From Cyanidioschyzon merolae (Eukaryota): 64,000 nt of DNA. The stretch lies in the NCBI GenBank assembly GCA_000091205.1, contig AP006484.2. One strand, given 5' to 3'. Below the pieces are notes generated by a model. It saw only the letters and a program-made list of their open reading frames with translations, did not search any database and was not told the origin of the DNA. This document shows positions 1-9,348 of this stretch, one piece after another (the stretch's first letter is position 1; each line of letters begins with the position of its first letter). The translations under genes were made by a program, and so were the position numbers.

Positions 1-1
1 A

Positions 2-2839
2 TCGAAGCCAAGCTCGAGCGGACAGCGCTGGAGAACGCTCGTGCGATTCACGAGTCCCGTCTTTCGAACTTACCGACCGCATTGGCGATACAGCATCTGG
101 AACGTCGTTCTCTGGCCCGAACGGCAGTGCGCTTGGCAGATCGATGGTGGTGGTACGGGCCTGTGCGAACGTCCCGGGGATTACGCTGTCCCCTGGTGTT
201 GCAGTGCGCCCGGGCATTTGGTTCACGACCAGGGGCCCTTTCGCTGCCGACGAGGCTGTCTCCTGTGCCCGTGCCTCAAAAGACACTACGGATTCCTGCT
301 CAGACAGCGGGTGTGGTGCCGAGTCTTTTGCTCTTCTAGACAACTTGTGCCAGACGACAAGCCCCCCATCAGGCATCAGCAGCGTACCTCCCGGGAGTAG
401 CCGTGCATCGCGCGGCACCTGCCAGGAGGCCACCCGTCGAACCCAGGGACGAGGTAAACCCGAGCGTCGACGGTTACTAGATCGTTCTGGAGAGGGCGTT
501 TCCGGCTCTCCAAGGGCAAACAGAGATAGCAATCCCCGCTGCGCACTGAGTGTGAGAAATCTAGGCGTTCGACTCGGTACAGCGATGATATCCGCCTGCG
601 TCTTGGTTCCATCGGACCCCTGCAGGCGTTCTGGAGACTCCACTACAACATGCTCTATCCACGCGACATGCACGGCGGGCACCGCTTTATGCAAGTAGAT
701 CGGGTAAAGCGCCCTGTCACTTGCATAAAAGACGAGCACCCGTCCAGCTCTGTCGACAGCCAGCAACCAGGAAACACCACCGGCCCGCCGACGATTACTC
801 CATCTCGCACACTGCACCACATGATGCGAACCATTATCGTCAAAGGCGCGCTCCAAACGAAGCGTTTCTCGCTGTGGGACCCATTCCAGAAAGCGTTGCG
901 AATGGTACATCGCACGATGGTGTTCTCGCGGCCGCTGTATAAGCGCTGGATGATACACCAGCGAAAAGTCCGCAGGAGCAGTCTTCAAATCGACCTGCTC
1001 TGCACAATCTGTACCTGAGAAATGATGCCCGTGATGTGAGCCCATTCTCATCGACGTATCCAGAGTCTCTGGATCAACAGCACCAGTGGAGGTCCCCGGT
1101 GCACCTTGAGAGGACGCTGCTGCCGGCAACTGCTCGTTCTTCGAGAACATAGCTCGTATGCCGGCATCCGGCCCTGGTCCTTGCACTCTCGAGTCCGCTG
1201 GACACCGCGTTCGTTGCCCAGTGCTCCCTAGTTGGAGCGCTGCGTTCCGATCCCAGTGCCACTGGTATGGAAGGTTCTTGATCAAGCGCTTCGCCTGCTG
1301 TTGCCATTTTTTCGCGAGCTTGTAGGCGGTGGCTGCGGCGCGAGCACCACGACTCGGACATGGAGCAGCCCAGACACCCACTGCAGGAGAGCGACCAGCT
1401 GTGATCACGTAAAATCTCGACGCCCCTGCTCCGTCACTGCGAGACTGCTGGCCTTGCTGCACCGTGTCGGGTAGATGAGCGATCCAGTGCGCGCTGATCC
1501 AGGTTGATCTAGCCTTTTGCGGTAACGACCATTCGTGAACCCAAGCGGTTGCCGTATCACAGGCGTCCGTCGAATCTGGAACGTCACCCACAGTCGTCAC
1601 GAGCGCAATGGTATCCAGCACTAGAACGGAGCCGTCGGGATGCGAAACGCTTACGAGACCTTTGGCAGAGGCGTTGAGGGCGCAGCGGTCCTCAGTCCAG
1701 GCCGCTGTCTGGCCTTGATCAGCATTCGGGACACGGTGATACGTATCTCGACCCCAGAGGTGAGCTTGCACGCTTGCAACGCCGCCTATAGAGCTGGATG
1801 TGCAAGCTTCGTTTGAATGGATCAAGGTAGAGAGCAACGCTCCAGTTTCCAGCGCCGGTACTCTGAAGCAAGCTAGTATGCCTTGCTCATAAGCTATCCA
1901 GAGCCAGTGCGTTGCAACAGCAGTGGCAGGAGAAGTAGTAGTAGAAATCAAGTCCATTTCCTGCTGCTCATCAACAGACGCTGGTGCCTTTTGCAGCGCT
2001 GATGCATCCGCCGTCTGCCCACTGGGAACAAAGCAAGCATCCCAAACTGGCCTCGGGGCAGCAGCAACAGCAGCAGCAGCAGAACAATCAGCAGCCGTGA
2101 ACACCCTACCACTGGAGGAACTCTCCATCACCGACTGCGTCTGTGCTTCACAGGAGGCCCCTGGAGACGAGTGCACATGCAACGGCGCCGCAGATGCGGA
2201 AGATACCCTCTTCCCGTGCATGTGCGCTGGTGTCTGCTGGTCCCTCGGCGATATCTGGGATACCCGTTGCAAATTCGAAGCATCGGCTTCTTCGAAGGCA
2301 GGCTGTTCGAGTAGCCACCATCGGGACGCAGCCGCCGAAGCAATCGACACTGCAACTAGGATTGCGCGCTGATTCCACCTACAGACCATGTAGAGTGTAG
2401 ATGTTCCAGGCTCGAGCAGCTCTGGTCCCGCCAACACCTCCAGAGACAGATGAAGCTGGGCTGCCTCGTTCGGTTCCCGCTGCGACACGACTGAAGCGCT
2501 CCAGGGCAGAATCGGACCCAGTGATGCAGCGGATGATGCTGTCGTTGGATTCAAAATCTGTTGCATCGCTCCGTAAGCATTGTTCGGTATTCTTGATATC
2601 GGACGAGTCTGAGGCGGCATAACTGCAAGCGAGCCGGTTTCAGCTTGCGATACGTTTCGTCGCGTCCAAGCAGGAGCAGTTCCTACCTCGCCGTTCTCAT
2701 CAGCGTATGGACGCAAGGCACCTCGAGGTGACGCGTCCAAGCGCGAAGAATCTGTCTCAGCAGGTCCGCGCAGTTCGCTTGGCAGCGTGCATAGCAAAAA
2801 AGGAACAGGATCCGTTTGCCCTTGGCATGGCGTATGCAT
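2..2839 (-). CDS. large hypothetical protein, 5' portion only (C-terminus lies beyond the left window edge); Ala/Ser/Pro-rich low-complexity N-terminal third followed by beta-propeller-like repeats (GSVLVLD, RVLVFYASD, GGLVVWH)
   Basis: Hand translation of the minus strand in the frame with codons at [3k+2..3k+4]. There is no stop codon from the in-frame TGA at 3095-3097 (minus strand) down to position 2, about 1031 codons. The first ATG is at 2839-2837. Frame continuity was checked at anchors 2-4, 659-661, 1499-1501, 1955-1957 and 2684-2686. It is absent from the supplied track only because it has no stop inside the window. Codon use is GC3-rich like neighbouring genes. Plus-strand ORFs 41..400, 144..698 and 1923..2372 are antisense to it. 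Confidence 0.5.
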   Translation of the reverse strand, partial: MHTPCQGQTDPVPFLLCTLPSELRGPAETDSSRLDASPRGALRPYADENGEVGTAPAWTRRNVSQAETGSLAVMPPQTRPISRIPNNAYGAMQQILNPTTASSAASLGPILPWSASVVSQREPNEAAQLHLSLEVLAGPELLEPGTSTLYMVCRWNQRAILVAVSIASAAASRWWLLEQPAFEEADASNLQRVSQISPRDQQTPAHMHGKRVSSASAAPLHVHSSPGASCEAQTQSVMESSSSGRVFTAADCSAAAAVAAAPRPVWDACFVPSGQTADASALQKAPASVDEQQEMDLISTTTSPATAVATHWLWIAYEQGILACFRVPALETGALLSTLIHSNEACTSSSIGGVASVQAHLWGRDTYHRVPNADQGQTAAWTEDRCALNASAKGLVSVSHPDGSVLVLDTIALVTTVGDVPDSTDACDTATAWVHEWSLPQKARSTWISAHWIAHLPDTVQQGQQSRSDGAGASRFYVITAGRSPAVGVWAAPCPSRGARAAATAYKLAKKWQQQAKRLIKNLPYQWHWDRNAALQLGSTGQRTRCPADSRVQGPGPDAGIRAMFSKNEQLPAAASSQGAPGTSTGAVDPETLDTSMRMGSHHGHHFSGTDCAEQVDLKTAPADFSLVYHPALIQRPREHHRAMYHSQRFLEWVPQRETLRLERAFDDNGSHHVVQCARWSNRRRAGGVSWLLAVDRAGRVLVFYASDRALYPIYLHKAVPAVHVAWIEHVVVESPERLQGSDGTKTQADIIAVPSRTPRFLTLSAQRGLLSLFALGEPETPSPERSSNRRRSGLPRPWVRRVASWQVPRDARLLPGGTLLMPDGGLVVWHKLSRRAKDSAPHPLSEQESVVSFEARAQETASSAAKGPLVVNQMPGRTATPGDSVIPGTFAQARTTTIDLPSALPFGPENDVPDAVSPMRSVSSKDGTRESHERSPALSARAWLR
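2058..2083. repeat. (CAG/GCT)n trinucleotide microsatellite inside the large minus-strand CDS (encodes an Ala run)
   Basis: gcagcagcaacagcagcagcagca is read directly. On the minus strand it codes AAAAVAAA. Confidence 0.6.
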
Positions 2840-3781
2840 TCTTTTGCGAGAATGGAGCGTCCACGCGTTTCCGTCCGCTCGAAAATCGTATTGAATGCGT
2901 TTTCCCCACCGGTGGCACGGAATGCAGTCGAACTTGGTGTTCGTCTGGGTTTGCCAGTTGTGCCGCGCCCAGCGTTCTGTTGCTTGTCGCACAGGTGGCA
3001 ATGCGTCCAGCCTGAACCTGGTGGGTACCTCTCCCGAAATAACCGATACAGTGATTCGCTTCTGGGCAAGTCCGAAGCAACCCTGTGAGTTGGCTCAATA
3101 AGCCTGCACTGTATAGGCGGGAAACAGGTGTCCATGTAACTTTTTCTGGCGTCGACGTCTTGGAGTCAGGAGGTAACGCGCACACGAGGGCACTCTTTGC
3201 GTTTTCTCACGCAAGCAATCACAGCAGTCCACAGCACGCCGGCTTGCCGACGTCTTGCTGCCAGCGATTTACGCTTACAAGGGAGCACCCGCAGAGTTTC
3301 TGAGTAAGCAAGCAAGGGTCAACCGAGAAGTCCAGTTCCCAGGTACAACAGTCCACCGCGTTCGCTCAGCAGCAAACTTTGTTGCGCGGCAACTAAGAAA
3401 TCCTATCGAGTCCTCAAACTTACGGAAACAAAGCAACTTTCACCCCTCGAGATCCAGTGCTTCTTCTAAGCCATACCTTGGTCCTCCTTTGACGGTTGCA
3501 CGAGGTCTCCAGGGCCCTCTGTACGCAGTAGCAACTCGCCTTGGAGAACATTTCGCGTAACGTATGGCGCGCAGGATTGATGTTCCGCAGGGACGTCTGT
3601 GGGGCACTCGCTCCGCCTCTGAGGCGGACAACGTTCCATAGGCCACTGACTGAACGAAATCGCTCGTGGCGGGGGTTGGGCGTCTTGCGTAGGACGTAAC
3701 CCCGGAGGCGAAGAGGGCCTCAGCGCTAACTGGCTCTTAAGCGGTGCCTCAGGCTTACATGGAGCCTGACGCGTTACAGCA
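2840..3781. promoter_or_regulatory. divergent intergenic region between the large minus-strand gene (ATG 2839) and RNF10-like gene (ATG 3782); presumed bidirectional promoter
   Basis: Lies between two divergently oriented start codons. It is AT-richer than the flanking coding DNA and has no supported ORF. Confidence 0.2.
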
Positions 3782-5983
3782 ATGGCTGAGCGGCAGCGTT
3801 GGTGTCTCCAGCGACGGCACCTGTGTCTCGTTTTACGTCCAGAAGCCGGACAACGCTTACGCGAATACCTGGAGCACCCAGACGTTGTTCCAGACTGGAA
3901 CGACGTTGAGTTTGTGGCCGAGCACTCGGATACCGACGTTCCGAGAGCAAACGCTCGAGCAAAGGCTCCCAACGGTGCACGAGACAGCGTAGCGGCGGTC
4001 CCAGAAGCACTGAAAGCGTTATCGTTAACAGACGACGTTGAAGGCCCCGTGGATCCGATCACGCTCGGCGTTTTGCGTGCTCCGTATACCACCCCATGTG
4101 GCCATGTGTATTCAGCGCTGGCGATTGTGCGACACCTGCTCGTAACGTTCGAACGAGCCCGCCCAAGGGGCGTCGAAGACAACACTTGTCAGGTTGGAGA
4201 CGCGCTGCAGTTACTCGCACGGTGCCCCGTATGCACCGACTGGTTCTCTTTTGATGATCTTCGTCCCTATGTTTCCTGGCACAGTCCGACACCGCTAACC
4301 CTGCATTCCCGCATCCGAATGCGTCTGTTGTGCCGCCCTCGGGGTTGTGCGTCCCGTATCATGCTACCTCGAGACTGGATCGACACAACAGAGGCCAAAC
4401 TGTTGTGGTCGGTCGGCGCCAGCACCAAGGCTTCGGAGAAACAGCACGCGCCTGCAGCCATAGCGGATCCCGACCGTACTCAGTGGCATACTGACCAAAC
4501 GCAGTCTACGACAATCAAAGCGTTAGCAGATACGTTTTGCCAGCGTATGATGACTACACCGGTAGCGGAGGACGGAGACGAGCAGCTACTTCCCTCGAGG
4601 AAAAACGGGCGCTTCTATCGGGTCTTGCTCGGGGAACCTGATTTTGTAGAGGAGCTCTTCGTCAGCCGGGAAGCGGAGTTGCAACAGCATCTAATGGAAG
4701 ATGAAACGATGGAGCTGGCGCACACGCTGGTGATGCATCGCGAGCGCGCTCGCAGAGCGACCGTGAAGCGAATAACCCAGCAGATAGAGACCGCTTCATG
4801 GTCGAAGCAGGAACCCTTCGAACCTTTCCTGGCAAACGAGATCGCTCCGTCGCAGTCGAAACGCTTACCGGCTGAAGTGGCCGCTCGGGCAACCGTTGAG
4901 GACCCGCTGGACCTTCCACAGCGGCAAGCGATGCCTCCGGCACGCACTGACGCTTGCCCTGCACCCGAGAAAGCGTCGATTGCCGTAGAGTACGTCGGAC
5001 TGTACCAGATTGCAGATGGTCGACAAGTTTACATGCATCCGCAAAACTATCGAGCACTGCTCCAACAGTACGGATCGGTGGAAAAGCTTCCGCTTTGGAT
5101 CCAGGGTAGCCTTCTCAGCTGCTATGAATGTCGCACCGAAGAGAAGAAGGCGCGCGCCTGGAGAGGCCGCAGCGCCCATGCAAGTTTCCCGAGAGATCCA
5201 GAGGCATCCAATTGTCGTCAGTTTCACTTACCCGTACCGCTACCGCCGGGCTGTGTGTACTTTGTATGCAAACTGGCATTCGGAGATACGGAAACACCGC
5301 GATGTCGCCGCTATCGTCAGCGAGGAGGTGGAAACGTTCATCCGTCGCACGCATCAGGCGCTGTGCAGCAGCCGCCAGCATTTGCTAGCCGAGAAACCGG
5401 TTCAGAAAACCCTTTTAGCACTTCAAGCGCGCATCGTTCGGTGCCTATGTCGAGACAGACGAAGGCACACCGCAACCGACCTGTGCCCAAACCACAAAAA
5501 GAGGTATCTCGTGGAGCGGAACATGTTCAAACCCCAAGAGAGCGACAGCGCGGGCAACCGCGTCTACGCAGCTCAGAACCGTCGCTGCGGGAAGTCTTCG
5601 AACAAGAGCGTCAGCATATCATCGAAGCGCACGGTGGTGCGCAATTATTCTTCCGTGATCCAAGTCGGGAAGCACTGGATCACACTCGACCCTTTTCGCG
5701 AGCAGTTTCTCATCAGCATCCACCGCCGGCTAGCGAGCGGCACGAAATTGCAGAGCGCGCTTCTACCTGGCCTGCGCTGAGCTCGACAATGCTGCCTGCA
5801 GTGGAGCAGGCACCACAGTCTACCGGGGAGCAAATCCAAGCATCTAATGTTTCCTACGCCCGCATTGCGCAAGTGCGGGGAGGATACTACCCCACCCTGC
5901 GCGACTTGTATGGTCATGCGGAATATGTGCGACCCGCAGCAACATCTGCATCCGAGAGCAAAGATAACCACAAGCCGAACTAG
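3782..5983 (+). CDS. RNF10: RNF10-like RING finger protein (733 aa) with a degenerate RING in which zinc site I is lost
   Basis: Single 733-aa ORF. Block VVPDWNDVEFV matches the RNF10 motif VNWDFVEQV. DPITLGVLRAPYTTPCGHVYSALAIVRHLL...CPVCTDWF aligns to human RNF10 [29 protein letters not shown]...CPICYSSV. GLYQIADGRQVYMHPQNYRALLQQYGSVEKLP aligns to RNF10 [29 protein letters not shown]. The RNF10 sequence is from memory. Confidence 0.6.
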   Translation: MAERQRWCLQRRHLCLVLRPEAGQRLREYLEHPDVVPDWNDVEFVAEHSDTDVPRANARAKAPNGARDSVAAVPEALKALSLTDDVEGPVDPITLGVLRAPYTTPCGHVYSALAIVRHLLVTFERARPRGVEDNTCQVGDALQLLARCPVCTDWFSFDDLRPYVSWHSPTPLTLHSRIRMRLLCRPRGCASRIMLPRDWIDTTEAKLLWSVGASTKASEKQHAPAAIADPDRTQWHTDQTQSTTIKALADTFCQRMMTTPVAEDGDEQLLPSRKNGRFYRVLLGEPDFVEELFVSREAELQQHLMEDETMELAHTLVMHRERARRATVKRITQQIETASWSKQEPFEPFLANEIAPSQSKRLPAEVAARATVEDPLDLPQRQAMPPARTDACPAPEKASIAVEYVGLYQIADGRQVYMHPQNYRALLQQYGSVEKLPLWIQGSLLSCYECRTEEKKARAWRGRSAHASFPRDPEASNCRQFHLPVPLPPGCVYFVCKLAFGDTETPRCRRYRQRGGGNVHPSHASGAVQQPPAFASRETGSENPFSTSSAHRSVPMSRQTKAHRNRPVPKPQKEVSRGAEHVQTPRERQRGQPRLRSSEPSLREVFEQERQHIIEAHGGAQLFFRDPSREALDHTRPFSRAVSHQHPPPASERHEIAERASTWPALSSTMLPAVEQAPQSTGEQIQASNVSYARIAQVRGGYYPTLRDLYGHAEYVRPAATSASESKDNHKPN

Positions 5984-6468
5984 TTCGGAGGCAATCCCTT
6001 GGAACGAGTCCAAATCTCTGGAAGCGCTCCGCATTCGGTGCGCTGTGGCTCGATGCAGCGCTCCAGTGTCGCACCAAATCTTGCATCTATCTTTGAAGAC
6101 ATAGACGCATCGGGTACAGTGCCTGGATCAATATTCTATGGTTTCGCTGCGTTGGTCAGCACGCAAGCGCTTTCGATACCGAATGCGGAAGCAATGATCT
6201 GGCCCTAGGCGGAACGCTTCGGTTCCCGAAACATTCGCCTCCTGGGATGCGCAGCTGGAAATCATTCAACGCTACGCCCCGCTGCTTCATACGCCTCGCG
6301 ATGAAGCACTTGAGCAGTGCATCAGACTTGGCGGTCGGTTACAGCCCTAACTGCGGATCCGGAGGCAGATCTCCTGCTCACAGCTGCGTCTGCGGTGGTT
6401 GGTCTCGGTCACCAGCTCCGCGTAGACACTGACCATACGGTCTGGTTTGGCCCCAGCAATGTGCTGCG

Positions 6469-7623
6469 CTAGTGTGCCTGCTCAGTTTCTGCGTTCGCGG
6501 AAAAATCACAGAGTCGAGGTCGTGTCCACAGGTACCAAGCAACACCGAAGAACGGTATCCATCGGGCTACGCCCAACATACGTGTTCCCTTCTGACTCTG
6601 TGGGTTTAAGCCTCGTCGACGCATATCGTCGGGCACCAGCTCAGCCTGGAACAGCGCAAAGACCAGCATATCAATTGGAAAGGACACTGCTAGACGATCT
6701 TTCTGTAGAAATGCCTGCCAATAGAGCTGGAAACGCTCTAGCGTAAATGGTGGTGCCGCTGGGTACTCTGGACGACCCGCGAACGCCCAGAGCATTGCAA
6801 ACAAGGCCACAACGCAGAGGATCAGGGGTAAGCCGCGGGACTCGGCTATCCGCAGCAGCATATCAGCTTCGCTGTGCCTCGCTGCTACCGTTTTTTTCGT
6901 AGATGTGAATGGTCGCAGCGAATGCTCTGATGAATCCGTGTCTACGATGGTTGCAAGGCTGCTGGGGTTCTGGCGCAGCACCAGGTACGGCAAGTAGAAG
7001 ACATTGGTGAGCAGTGCGGAGCCTACCAGGAAGACCCACATGGGCAGTATTTGTTTTTGTACTTGCTTTTGAGCGGTGCGGCAATGCCGGCTAATGTCAT
7101 CGCTGAGAAAGCCGATAAAGAGTAACGCCCAGCATACGACAATCTGGAAGGTGCTCTCCAGAACCGGGTGCAAAACTGGGGCCTGGCTAGGACTTAAAAG
7201 CGGAAGGATGAAAAAAAAGTTCATAGATAGGTCCAGAGCCTCATGAATGGTCTCGCTGTCGATACGGAAAACACTAGACCCCGGTAAAAGGTCTGAACAG
7301 AGCACGACACCCACGTACACGAGCCAGCAGACAAAGATTAAGGCCTTGCGGTGCGTCGGCTTTGCCTGCTTCATCACTAGCTGGTGTAGGCGACTTGTTG
7401 TCGCGCTCGCTGTTCGTTTCAGAGCATAGACGGCAAAGGGTTTTCCCTGGGAAAACAAACGATGCGCGCAGTTGATGAACGGGTAAGCAACGGTGAGCTT
7501 TGCGTGGACGCTCCCGCGTCTCGAGGCAGCACTGCATACGACGCTGCGGTTGCGCGAGCTCAAGCACAATGATAGCGTCCTCCGAGTAACGTGACTGCAA
7601 CCTGAGCCCAAAAACAACAGCAT
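6469..7623 (-). CDS. hypothetical multi-pass membrane protein (384 aa), Ser/Arg-rich N-terminus suggestive of a presequence
   Basis: Complete ORF with at least six hydrophobic segments: IFVCWLVYVGVVL, FFFILPLLSPS, IVVCWALLFIGFL, ILPMWVFLVGSALL, LILCVVALFAMLWAF, WIPFFGVAWYLW. Codon bias is GC-rich. No family was recognised. Confidence 0.4.
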   Translation of the reverse strand: MLLFLGSGCSHVTRRTLSLCLSSRNRSVVCSAASRRGSVHAKLTVAYPFINCAHRLFSQGKPFAVYALKRTASATTSRLHQLVMKQAKPTHRKALIFVCWLVYVGVVLCSDLLPGSSVFRIDSETIHEALDLSMNFFFILPLLSPSQAPVLHPVLESTFQIVVCWALLFIGFLSDDISRHCRTAQKQVQKQILPMWVFLVGSALLTNVFYLPYLVLRQNPSSLATIVDTDSSEHSLRPFTSTKKTVAARHSEADMLLRIAESRGLPLILCVVALFAMLWAFAGRPEYPAAPPFTLERFQLYWQAFLQKDRLAVSFPIDMLVFALFQAELVPDDMRRRGLNPQSQKGTRMLGVARWIPFFGVAWYLWTRPRLCDFSANAETEQAH

Positions 7624-9348
7624 TCAGAGGACTTGAGTAATCTAGTTCCGTCGTGTTCCCCGTCACCTCCGCGAGACCAGCCCGGTGAGCGCACCGTACC
7701 CGCACCAAGACCAGTCATAGCCGCGGTCATGGTTATATGGACTTGTCGGGGCTGGTTGCATCCGATGCAGCGCTATTGGAAAGCAGCCCCCAAACATAGC
7801 GGTGTCATCGACTGGTCCAACTTGCATGTGAAGCGATCGCTCCTGTTGCCCTAAAATAAAGTCTTTCAGCCGATTAACCTTCATGGTAGAAAAACGGAAC
7901 TGGTCGTCTAGTTCGGGCGTACACGCGAAAGTTTAGGCACTTCCATGATCATCATATATACCAGTCTTGACGAATTTTTCTGTGACTAGTGCCTTGTCTC
8001 TCCGTTGATCTGTAGCTCTAAGTACGCCGATCTTTCCTCTCCCTCTGGCTGCGTTTCCAGCAGCAGAAGCATGTGTTGATGACAGCGTTCGAGTCCCGAT
8101 TTCTCCGCTTCTGCTTGTAGGCTACGCATTTCGTGCACAGGCGGTCGTTGCGATCTGAGCTTCGTATACCATATTCTTTTTCTCGTGTATGCACAGCCTC
8201 GGTGGGTCCATCGCAGCTGCGAAACTTGACAGCGGTACGTTGTATCCATCCGTCCGCCATAGGTTTTCGTCCTCCGACGGTCGTCCTGTGCCGCAAAAGC
8301 ATTCGCTGCATCGCTCGGTTCATGCCCTTGACAAGCATAGAAGGCTCCCTCGATACCCGTCTCCGTACCCAGCGATGATGATGTGCTTTGTATGAAAGAT
8401 CCGCACGGTGAGTACGCTCTACGCCGCGTATGGCAGCGCATGCTGTTCCAGTCGATGTGCGATTTCTGGACCGCTATGTTAGCCATGATGATGAGACAAG
8501 CACCGGAGGTGAAATCCAGGTATGAAAAGAGATCGAGAAGTTCCGAGTCTACGACCCTATTCTGTGTCAATAGAGGAGACGTTAGCGTATATGATCGTGT
8601 ATCATGAAGCGTGACACGCTGGTGAGGCATGCGCGTTTGCGGATGCGCACAGAGCGAGGACGATTCTCGTTTCGCATGAAATAGATAACTCGACAAGTTC
8701 AGCGAGCGTTCGTTATGAGCATATGCAAAAGTCATCAAGGGACGACGTCGTGTGCAGTTCCTTGATCATCAAGCAGTGCGCATTGCATTGCGTACAGGCT
8801 GCCCCGAAACAAAAACAGATAGAGAACTTGAAGAAACTGTGATTCGAGCATGCGACACGTAAGTAAATCAGAGGTGTTCTGGCTTGTACGTATGAAGTGT
8901 ATCACGACATCGTTTATTTTATCGACCTGGTTCGAGGATGGTGCGAAGCATCCTGATGCCCATGACGTAACGAATTCAAGCGACTAGAACGCAAAGGAGT
9001 CGTTTAGAAACCCCAACGGAGAAATCCAGAATAACGTATGCATCCATAAGCCCTAATTGCTGCACTTGGAGTATCGATGCTGTAAGTGTAAGAATAAGTT
9101 CGGAAAAGAATTGCAAGGCGCGTACAGAGCGACCGGTTCCGTGCTCCATTCCAATCTGAGGAAGGCCAGGAACACCACGTCAGGGACGTGGCGACTTGTA
9201 CGCGTGACTGTCGACAGTTCTCACTGGGTGCCACAGGAACTGCGCGAATCAGTCCAGGAACTGTACGTGTTTTCGTTTCGCTGGGGCATAGCAGGGCCGG
9301 CGTGGATAGCGCACCACGCTCGCTTCCATAGCAGGAACGGAGGCGAGC

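Noticed and set aside
144-698. Plus-strand ORFs 41..400, 82..339, 144..698 and 1923..2372, and minus ORFs 2683..3135 and 2757..3185, from the supplied track
   Set aside because: All lie antisense to or out of frame with the ~1031-codon minus-strand open frame that runs off the left edge. Their composition is Arg/Cys-rich noise.
3466-4185. 239-aa minus-strand ORF overlapping the RNF10-like gene
   Set aside because: Antisense to a homology-supported gene. Arg/Ser/Pro-rich with no motifs.
7986-8738. 250-aa minus-strand ORF in an AT-rich stretch
   Set aside because: His/Arg/Cys-rich with no motifs. Codon usage is unlike the GC3-rich genes. Probably intergenic.
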